Positions 53,834-64,000 of a stretch of DNA of 64,000 nt are shown piece after piece. Both the position numbers and the translations under genes were made by a program. Below the pieces are notes generated by a model. The model did not search any database, was not told the origin of the DNA, and was given only the letters and a program-made list of their open reading frames with translations. How positions within the stretch are numbered: position 1 is the stretch's first letter; every line of letters starts with the position of its first letter. Source of the stretch: Octopus bimaculoides (Eukaryota); contig NC_068998.1 of NCBI RefSeq assembly GCF_001194135.2, forward strand, positions 34,226,980 through 34,290,979, in the 5' to 3' direction.

Positions 53834-55949
53834 TAATGCATTCACATTTAAAATACATATATGTTTGTATATATACACAATGTAGAAAGAAGAGAGATTA
53901 TTGAATAAAATACTGATAAGGAATCAGAATTCAAATAACCAGTTCAAATCAGCTTTAGAGCAAATATTCTGTATGTATATTAACTTCCTTTGCAAGTTGG
54001 CTGAAGGTTTGAAGGAGGTTTGGCTGCTAATCCTTGCAGGTTAAGCAATTTATGTAGAAGCTTCATCTGTTCTATCTCTGCTATCTCTGTTACGTAGCTG
54101 TTAGTATTGATGTTGATATTATATTTATGTTGACATTGTATTTGTAAGGACGCATTGATGTTGTGCTTGTCCTTAGATTACGTTAATGTAGTCGTTTGTA
54201 ACAAGATTATGTTGATGTTTTGATCACAATGTTAATGTTGATGTTACCTGAGTATTACTTTTGGTGTTGTGAGTAGAATTTGTAAGGATGTGTGGACGTT
54301 GTGTTTGGGATGATGCTATGTCGGTCTTGATATTGTGAATGCGCTGATGTTGGTGTTAGCGTTGCATTGGTATTAGTGGCGAGGTTGTTGTATTTTGTTC
54401 TTGTAATGGCATGTTAGCAGTATTTTTAATGTAATATTCGATATGATAGGATGTTAATGTCATTGTAGTAGTGTTGGGTTCACTCTAGTGGCCTTCGTGC
54501 TATTTGGACAGCATTTTTGTTGCTATAGTTAGTATGTTGTTTTCTATAGGAATGGAATTGTTTCCTAGAAGACTGCTATTCTTGATTGTGCTGAACAAAA
54601 TGGCAAAAGTATTTTACTTCTACATATAAAAACCAATTAACCATAAAAATGGTAAAACACTTCCTTCTTTCTCTTTTTATAATGTAATCAAAACCTTCAA
54701 ATTCTAGTTTGAAATTGGTTGTTACTTGAACAAAATATCACAAAAATCCAAACCGAGTTCTACTACTGCTGTAGACTCTGTCAGATTTTTTTTCTTTTTC
54801 TGTCTAATATAATGGAAAGCTTTAGATACTAGACAGAGACAGGTTGATATCTGTACTGTCAAATAAAAGAGCCAAGCCAAAAAAATTTGCTTCTGTTGCA
54901 GGAAATAAATTCATTAGAGTTACCATTCTCAGATATGATCAATTAGTAACATTTCTAATTATGGTTTAATGAAAAAGGCAATTCAAAAGTTCATCATTCA
55001 CTTCTCAATGAAGAGTATATTTGTCAGGCATTCATACTTGACATGCAACAAACAAAGCACTTGGAAAAAATTCAGACATGCTAAAAATAGTTCACTTAAT
55101 TCAAGAAACATAAGAAGTCTATGTAATACATGGGAGCTGTCCAGTCTGATGAGTTTCAATTTACTATTATTTTCTTCTCAAATCATCCAATCTGTCTGTG
55201 TTGCCTACCATAAAATATAGATGAGTCAGTGTAAATGTAGAAAGATGCTTAGATACTAAAAATAATAATTTCTAACATTGGTAAAAGACCACAAAACTTT
55301 GTAGGAAGAACACATTCAATTAAATCAATCCCAAGACTTGACTAGTATTTATTTTATCAACTGTGCAAGGGTAAAAATCAATGACTACTTCCATAGGCTT
55401 AAGCTTAGTAAAGGAACATACTTAATTATCACAAGGCATTTTGTTTGGAGCTCTACTGCTTCTTTCAACCCTACTGTTCTTAAGCTAGTGATGATAAGGG
55501 AGACAATTTTATGAATAAAGTGAAATTGATTGTATTCTGAACCTGTGGAGTTGAGGCAACATTCTACTGCATATAATTGCCAAGGGTGCAACAGTAATTT
55601 ACATGTAGTAAGTAAAAAAAAATCAGCTGGATATTAAGGGTACCAACCAATGTTAGTAGGAAAGGTGGCTGCACTATCATGAACATGTAATGCAAGCTAA
55701 TGGAAAAGGGTGTTGAGGACTGGGACTTGTTGAACACCTATCTCCATTCTAAATTTGTCCCTAAACTCATTTTTACTTTCACTTTACTTACTTAAACTGT
55801 ACAACCCTCAGCAGGCATTCATTTACATCTAGTTTTATTTAGTGCCCAAACTTGTACCTTGGAGGGTAACTTCCTTGGTGCAATCCCAGCATCATTCATG
55901 ACCAAAAGGGATCTTTACCCTTTAAACCTTCGTGTATTAGTTAATTAAG

Positions 55950-56680
55950 TATTCTGGTAACTACTTTGCAGATATTTTTAATGTCTCAGCTTGTATCCCT
56001 GATGGGTCAGCATCTTGCCCTGATTTTATATTCTTAATCATTCTTTCCCTCATACTACTGTCAGCTTGAATTGCTGTTCCCTCTACCAGATGAACAAGAA
56101 TCCCATACATTCTTCTTGTTCAAAAACTCTTGTAATAACAATTCTATGCTTTTTTCTGGTCAGCAGCAGTAATGACAAGTGTGCTTTCATCATTTCAGAA
56201 ACACTTCTCAAAGATGCCAAGAGTGTTTCTCTAACATTCTGTCTTGCAAGCCTAAACACATCATTTCTCAGATCCTCATGTTACAGGACATGTGCAAATC
56301 TTTTCCGTTGTGCTTCACCCTAGCTAAGTACACCTGATGCCTAACTCCTCATTTACTTGCTTAGTTGTGCTCTCTACCTCTATCTTCTTTCCAAATTTTC
56401 AAAGCCAGTTTTTTAGCTTTTACAGTTCTGTGTACCATGTCATTCCACTGCTAAGCAACTTTGATCTGGCTGGAACATTACACTAGCCATAAATCTAATC
56501 TGTAACAACATCTGATATTCCTGATATCTGATATCTAATCTGTAACATCTGATATTGCTATCCGGTAAGAAATCACAATTGTTATCCTCTTCATACACTC
56601 TGCCTAAACATGACCAACTGCAGGTTCTTTTAGCTTCTATGTATTCCTTCACTATATTATCTTTTGTGCCTAAGTTTGCC
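55950..56680 (-). mobile_element. Old RTE linker-region fragment
   Basis: WNDMVHRTVKAKK, RHQVYLAR and LNKKNVWD in broken minus frames. Confidence 0.7.
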
Positions 56681-56889
56681 TAGCTCCAGCTCTATGTTGG
56701 ATTGTGTATATAAATGTTAAGGTGGTGCTCCAGCGTGGCTGCATTCAAATGAGTGAAACAAGTAACAGAATGGCTGTGTAGTAGGATTCAGTCCCACTGC
56801 ATGGCATCTCGGGCAAGTGTCTTCTACTATAGCTTTGGGCCAACCAAAGCCTTGTGAGTGGATTTGGTAGATAGAAACTGAAAGAAGCC

Positions 56890-56925
<36 letters not shown>

Positions 56926-57624
56926 NNNNNNNNNNNNNNNNNNNNNNNNNNNNNNNNNNNNNNNNNNNNNNNNNNNNNNNNNNNNNNNNNNNNNNNNNNN
57001 NNNNNNNNNNNNNNNNNNNNNNNNNNNNNNNNNNNNNNNNNNNNNNNNNNNNNNNNNNNNNNNNNNNNNNNATATATGAAAAAAGGTTTGAAAATGCACT
57101 TATTTTTTAAAAATATTTATTTACTTAACCGGTTTCACTTTTTTAGAAAAAGATTATCAAAAGTCTTTGAGAATAATAAAAAATGTTAAAAAACAGTTTG
57201 AGTATTAAAATGCATATATACATTCTTTGATGATAAAATATATTTAAAGTATAAAGCTTTGTATGAACTTTGTAGTGTTACATACTGATTGTCACACATT
57301 CTCTGATATTAAGGTGAAATTGTTAAAAACAGTGTATGAAAATACACATATGGAAAAATACATATACATATTCTTATACATATTCTTACATAAATGTATG
57401 TATGTGTGTTTGTGTTTGTCTTCTCATCATTGCTTGACAACCGATGTTTGTATGTTTACATCCCTGTAACTTAGTGGTTCAGCAAAAGAAACTGATAGAA
57501 TAAGTACTAGACTTACAAAGAATAAGTCTAGGGGTCAATTTGTTCAACTAAAGGTGGTGCTCCAGCATGGCTGCAGCCAAATGACTGAAGCAAGTAAAAG
57601 AGTAAATGAGTATATGTACATCTA

Positions 57625-57674
<50 letters not shown>

Positions 57675-58089
57675 CATACATGCATACATATATACATACA
57701 CACATACATATGTACCATTGCATGTGTGTGTGTGCGTGCATGTGTATATGAAACAATTTATACATAATTTCTGTAATAGACTTTAAAACCTAACTGAGTA
57801 GGTCTCCGATATGTTTGGTCTGGTTTTATTTTTCCTTCAGTGATCCATCAGTCCTGCAGATATTTTATAGTTAACTGCCCATCAGATCATGATAAAATGA
57901 ATATTGGCAGCTGAAATCACATTAACTCTTTTGTTTAGTGGAAGTAAAACTTTTGGCAACGATAAGAACTTTCACTTGCTTTCCAAAGAATTCTGAAAAT
58001 GTATTTTTCTTTTTTTTTACAGACATATTTTTTCTACTTTTTCTTTTCCATAACCATTGCTAACGGACTGATATATAAATGAACTCTAG

Positions 58090-58226
58090 AATTCATTATT
58101 ATTGTTGTTGTTTTTGTTTTTGCGTTGTAGTTGTAGTTGTTATTATTATTATTATTATTATTATTGCTGTTGTTGTTGTTGTTGTTGTTATTATTATTGT
58201 TTTTGTTGTTATTATAATTATTATTA

Positions 58227-58292
<66 letters not shown>

Positions 58293-58318
58293 GTAGTAGT
58301 AGTAGTAGTAGTAGTAGA
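58090..58318. repeat. Compound (TTG)/(TTA)/(TAG) trinucleotide microsatellite
   Basis: Direct reading of the sequence. Confidence 0.95.
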
Positions 58319-58557
58319 TAAAATTCTCTGTAGGATTTTCTCCAGCTCTTTACAGTCTGAATTTAAATCCCATCAAGGTCAACTTTGCCATTCATCCTTG
58401 TGAATTTAATAAAATGTAGTACTTTGCTCAATATCATTGACTATGTCCTCTCCCCCAAATTTAGAGTTTTATGTCTATGTTAGAAATAATAATAATAATT
58501 GTTATTTCTATTTGGCCTTCTTATTGCATGCTTTTTTTTTTACACTACTAATTGCAG

Positions 58558-58615
58558 CTCTATGTACTTCGTATATGTGCAGTGATTTGTTTTGATTCTG
58601 TTGTTTTTCAATATG
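58558..58615 (+). CDS. Candidate exon LYVLRICAVICFDSVVFQY
   Basis: Poly-T tract, CTAAT branch-like site, TGCAG acceptor, ATG|GTAAGT donor, one frame open (phase 0 to 1). Confidence 0.35.
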
Positions 58616-58959
58616 GTAAGTGCTCCATGCAATATGCACATAGTGCTACTTTGTGGAATATCATCTGTCTTTATGTTCTGAGTTGAAATTCTGTCAAAGT
58701 CAACACTGAGCACTGGGGGTCAATGTAATCGACTTACCCTCTCCCCTAAAATTGCTGGCCTTGTGCCAAAATTTAAAACCAATATGTATATAGTGTTTAG
58801 TATTTCTCTTTTATGGATGTTAACCATATTTATGAGCCCTCATCTACTGGTTAGGTATATGTCTGTATATTCTTTGCATTCTCAAAGCATAAAGATCTGG
58901 AAACAGAGATAAGCTGAATGTGTGATCCACTGATCCACCTTCAGACCTCACGTTTAGCT

Positions 58960-59730
58960 TATGCCTATTTTCACATCTTTATATTTGGGTAATATCTCCA
59001 TTTTTTTTAAGAGATATGTTGCCATCATTTGGGACTGATACATTGTTTAGAAGGTATTTGTTTTCCTAGAGATCCTTCACAAAAATATCTGCCCATTGTC
59101 TTAATTCACTTGTCTGTATTAGTTCATCCCAGAGTACAGTCATTTTGCCATTTTTAGAGACCTTTTCTGGTCTCTCAGGGATGCTATCTCTTTTCTGCAT
59201 AGCATCTCATCTAAGACTGAGCAGTCATACTCAGACTGGTAAAGTGTTTCTGCCATATTTCCATATATTCTTCAATTTCTTATTGTATTCAACTTCCTTA
59301 TATCCAATTGTTGGTTGCAGGTAGGTGGGGCTTGTACAACAATCAAAACTCTCCAGTCTCTGCTTTGCATCTTGCAGTTCTCAGTCACTATTGTGCCTTT
59401 AACTTGTCTACTTCCAGTTTATTTAGCTTCTTCAATTATGAACCATAGTAGACCTTTACTAGTCTTCACTTTATCATAGCATTTTGTAACACCCAATTAT
59501 AACTCAGATTGAGGCTGTTTTACAATTTTTGCTATTGTTTCACCTTTTTCTTCACAACAGTCATTTCAACCTCTAATTTGTATTGGTCAACATTCTTCAG
59601 GACAGAAAACAGCTTTGTTTTTGTTTTTGCTTCATACATATTTGTGTTATTATTCATTCCATGATTCTTTATTATATATTTTAGAAGTTCAGCAGTGAAT
59701 ATTCTATAATAATTTTCAAGTTGCACACTA
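58960..59730 (-). mobile_element. Old R4/Dong-like C-terminal fragment
   Basis: CKAETG and PERPEKVSKNGKMTVLWDELIQT...DIFVKD. Confidence 0.6.
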
Positions 59731-59744
59731 CCATTACCATCTCT

Positions 59745-60625
59745 CTATTCATTAGCACATCAGACAAAATGCTTTGTGGTATTTTGTTTCAAGTGAGTTC
59801 AAATCCTGTTATTACATTTTATACTCCAAAGTTGATAAAATAAAATACTGATCAAATATTGGGGTTGATATACTTGACTGACCCTAACCATCAACATTTC
59901 TGACTTTGTACTTGTGTCAGAAGCATGTATTATTCATTGGGGGAATGGTTTGGTAGAATCATTGGAGTGTTGGACAAAATATTTTGTTGTATTTTCTTCC
60001 AGCTGTTTATGATTAGAGTTCAAATCCTGCTGAGGTCAACTTCGACTTTTATCCCCACCACCTTGATCAATAAAATAAGTTATGACTCAGTTATTAAAGT
60101 TGATAATATTGGCTGGCTCCTCCCCCAAATTTTAGGCCTTATCCATATGTTAGACAATACTGTGAGCTAACAATATTTTTAAAGCATTAAGTAAAATGTC
60201 TTGTGGTAATTCTTATGTTTCAGGTTCAAATTATACTAAGGTCACCTTTGCCTTTTATCTCTCTAGGGTTGATAAAATATATTACCCGTCAAGTACTGGG
60301 TGATGGTATCAGCTTATCCCTATTCCTAAATATTTATGTCTTGTACCTATATTAGAAATCATAAAGAGTAATAGACTGGCACTGGGGACTATGTAATCAA
60401 ATAGCCCTCTACCTCGAAATTACTAACCTTGTGCCAGAATTTGAAACCTTCATCATCTTCATCAGATTGGCAGAATTGCTAGAACATCAAAGAAAGTGCC
60501 TTCCAATATTTCTTCAGCTCTTTACATTCTGATTTCAATTCTCATCTAGGCATCATTGCCTTTCATCCTTTCGGTTGAATAATGAGGTTGATTCAATAGA
60601 CTAATCCCCTACTGTCAAATTTCTG
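59745..60625 (+). repeat. Head-to-tail run of 4-5 decayed Nin-SINE copies
   Basis: Recurring GTTCAAAT...GGTCAAC/CACCTTTGCC...GATAAAATA units about 170-200 bp apart. Confidence 0.6.
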
Positions 60626-60799
60626 CTTTTGCAACTATGTTAGAAATTGTCACTATTGTTGTTGTATTTTGGAATGACTGGACTTGTTACAAATTTCTAT
60701 AGGAAAAATAAATTGTTATCAAGCCTTACTAGATTAAAATTTTTTGTTTTTAAAATAGTTTGCAAAAAAAGGAATTTAAAATGTGCAGACATCTGCCCA

Positions 60800-62121
60800 A
60801 ATATCTGGAGTAAACAAGGCCTGCTTTTGTTTTGGAACCTATTTGAATTTTTCTCAAAATTTTTTTGTGTTTGCATTTAATTTCATATGACTTCTTTAAC
60901 TACCTGGCTGAATCAAAAGTTTTTTTGCATGTCAAGCTTTAACAGCTGAAACAAATTACAGACAAAGAGCATTTATTCATCAAAATATATTCCATAATAT
61001 TACATTAGTTGTTGCCATCACAGAAACTCAATCCCATGCTTATATCATTTGACTGGTTTACATATAAAACCTCCCTGCATTTGTTTCAACCTCATTCACA
61101 TTGTTGAATCTCTGTCTTAGAAAAGGTGGTAATCTGATAGTTCAAGGTCTGGAATGTATGCACTTGGTCACATTGGCAGTGTGTGCTGGGGGCATTGTCA
61201 TTCTATAGGATTGACAAATGCTAGGTAGTGAGCTTTCAAAGCATCATATACTCACTGCTATTGTTAAGAATAAAGGTTAACATTCACAGCACGATCATCT
61301 GGGACAGGCTCAAAGTGCAACACCCCCTCAAAATTCACCAAATGCACAACATGATCTGTTCAACCTGCCATTGTCTGACAATAGGTTCTGAAGCCTGACT
61401 GGAATGCAAACACTGATTTCTCTTATTAGAATTACGAAGAGCCATTTTTCATCCACAGTTGCTGTTTAATGCCAAAAATGAGCATGTCAGGGATTTGTCA
61501 GCAGTTGTTTGCCAATGTTCACATGTTGATGAACCTGATCATTGATCAGTTCATGAGGAGCTTCTTGACAACATCTGTTTACAAGGCTTAGCTTATGGAG
61601 GTGTCAACTGATGATGCTTTGTAAAGGATCAAGTTCTGCTGACATGTATGAGTGCTTGTGCTTGGCTGTTGTTCAACCATTTCAAGTCAGAGCTCATCTT
61701 CTACAATGGAAGGTCCCCTTGGTCATGGTTTGTCTTCAAGGCTGGTATCACTTTCCATGAACTACCAGAACCAGTTTTGTGCCACCTGCTTGTTGACAGT
61801 TCCTGGACTATCGACATCGTTAATTTCTTTTGCTGTTGCCTTTGCATTCTGTCCTTTTTTTTTTTTTTTTGTGGTGTAAGCATGGCATTGAGTTTCTGGC
61901 ACAATGATGGCAACAGATAAGAGAATATTATGGAATGTATTTTCATGAATAAATGCTTTTTGTCTGTAATTTGTTTCAACCTTTAAAGCTTGAAATGTGG
62001 AAAACTTTTGACTCAGCTTGACATTTAATGAAGTCATATGGAATTAAATGCAAACACAGAAAAATTTTTCAAGAAATTTCAACTAAGTTCCAAAAAACAC
62101 AGGTCTTTTATTTACTCAGAT
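60800..62121 (-). mobile_element. mariner (D,D34D-type) transposase relic with about 250-bp inverted arms
   Basis: KKGQNAKATAKEIN..GTVNKQVAQNWF (HTH), APHEL, TVDEKW, DNA, PDLELSDYHLF. Arms at 60800-61047 and 61872-62121. Confidence 0.85.
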
Positions 62122-63149
62122 CATTGTGGAAAGTGGCTCTGATTGCAGTTTTTTTCACCACCCATTATCAAAGCTGTAAAATAAAGGATAGAAAATTAAT
62201 GTTTATATGTTGTATATAAAAATAAAGAATAAACAATTCAGAAATGGTTGGACAATAAGTTTTATCAAATTAATGTTATAACATAGAGACACAAGTTACC
62301 AAAAACCATTAGTGAAAATCCAAAAGAACTTTTGGCTGAATGTGGCAGAATAGGAGAAAAACAAGTTCTATTAACACAATTAATAGCTTTGGTTATGCAC
62401 AACCCCACCTACTAAAAATGATGAAATCATTTTTGAATGCAGGAAAACAAATTCAAATTGGAAAATAAAAATCAAGCATTTAAAAGAAAAATGTAAACCC
62501 ATTGAAAAAGCTATAGATTGATGAGGCAACAAATATTTTAGGGGGCATAAAAAAACAGCAACTGTTTTAGAAAAAGAAGTGAAATACAGAATTTAAGAAA
62601 GGTAAACTACAACATCCAGAAAAGGATCAATATTAGTCACTGAATGTACATGTTATATATCTACCTGCCACACTTTTTAAATTTTTGCTAAAGCACCTAC
62701 TTTTTTAGTGAGCGTTTCTATTTTCAATCCCTTATCTTATGCTTTCCTCTATTTTCAGATTTTTATATATGGATAATTTCTCCATTTATTTCATAGACTT
62801 TCTGCTGGGACTGATACTTCAGTCTGATGACACTTTTCTGACATTATTCAATCAATTTGTTTTTCTCTGAAAGCTTTCCTGGTTTATGTTTTCTCTAACT
62901 CTTAAGTGTTTATATTTTATAATACTAGCATAGCTTACTTGTATGAAGGATTCAACACTTTAATGCATCTAGATGTACTATAGCTGTCTTTCTTGACAGT
63001 CAGGGACATTGCAGTTGAATGTTTCTTCACAATCTTTATATTTCTTTACAGTTATTTTGTATATTTTATTTCATTGAATGTTTTTGGTTGTTTTTGGTTG
63101 TCTATGGCTACTAGTCATTGGTCTTGTTCAGCAATCACATGTTCGTTAA

Positions 63150-63335
63150 CTCTTTAGCATTCAGGTTACACTTTCAAATGTGATGCTTTTTTATTCACAT
63201 TGTTTTTAATTAATCTTGCATTATTTTGTAGCTATGAGATTTTGATGAGGTAACTGTTAATTTTTAGAATATTGTAGGCAGGTGTGAGAAGCAATAACTG
63301 GCCAGTGTTGACATAAAACAGGTAGAATATTTCTC
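63150..63335. mobile_element. Truncated piggyBac-type MITE, same family as 7173-7380
   Basis: TTAA followed by CTCTTTAGCATTCAGGTTAC, with internal similarity to the first copy. Confidence 0.7.
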
Positions 63336-63623
63336 CTTTGTTCAGTTTTATTAGACATAGGGTCTTGTAGAATCTTTGCCTGTCAGTGTCTTGACATGTC
63401 AATCTATATTTTTTAGTTTAAGATGAAGTCTATGACATTTTGAACTTACTGTTTCTTTAGTCTTAAGGATTCAGTTGCTTTTTCACTGAGGCATTGTTTA
63501 TGTTCTTTATGTATGCCTACATTAAATATTTCAACAGTTATTTATTTTGCATTTCAAAATACAAACAAGTGCTGCACCTAAATTACTGGTGTAGAGAGAT
63601 GATATCTCAGACCAATTATGTAA

Positions 63624-64000
63624 GTGCACCACAAGTTTTCTTTTCAGGTACACGACACTGCTTTTCCCCTTCCCAGGCTACAGGCCCACACCCCCAACAC
63701 CCATACTGTTAGGATTGGCACTCTCAACGTCGGCACGCTGAAAGGTAGATCTGGTGAAATTGTTGAGATGCTTGAACGGAGACGCGTAGATATGTGCTGC
63801 ATCCAGGAAGTAAGATGGAGAGGAGGTTCTGCAAGGTTCCTCACAGGCAAAGAACACAGGTACAAGATTTTCTGGGCAGGGAACACTGACGGGGTCGGGG
63901 GCGTAGGAATACTTCTAGCGGAGAAATGGGTGGATAAGGTAATCGAGGTCGTTAGAGTAAGTGACAGAGTACTTAAGATCAGACTAGTGCTTCATCATAG
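63624..64000 (+). mobile_element. RTE LINE, stop-free apurinic endonuclease frame running off the window
   Basis: RIGTLNVGTLKGRSGEIVEMLERRRVDMCCIQEVRW...GGVGILLAEKW...RVSDRVLKIRL. No stop from 63624 to 64000. Confidence 0.92.

Overview
This is AT-rich, CpG-poor, microsatellite-dense eukaryotic DNA with six assembly gaps. The SINE/LINE repertoire looks like an octopus (cephalopod) genome, which is an inference from the repeat families. It is not prokaryotic, and I see no CRISPR array, rRNA or true tRNA gene. The window is mostly a transposable-element graveyard. It holds about a dozen R4/Dong-like restriction-endonuclease (RLE) non-LTR fragments, whose best-preserved 3' ends sit in (AAT)n tracts. 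It also holds several RTE LINE fragments, including a stop-free endonuclease frame that runs off the right edge, plus HERO/NeSL-like, Tx1-like and I-group RNase H relics. Other elements are Penelope-like terminal hairpins, a 672-bp solo LTR, mariner relics (one with long inverted arms), piggyBac-type MITEs and three tRNA-derived SINE families. Almost all ORFs in the supplied track are microsatellite, gap or TE artefacts. A few short + strand segments have good splice signals and could be exons of an unidentified long-intron gene, but I recognise no protein. I cannot support a claim of a clearly new biological system. The best leads are the (AAT)n-targeted retroelement community, the end-swapped mariner, the Penelope-like hairpin with decayed hammerhead motifs, the promoter-bearing solo LTR and the orphan exon chain. 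TE boundaries are approximate unless a TSD is stated. All identities are eyeball estimates.
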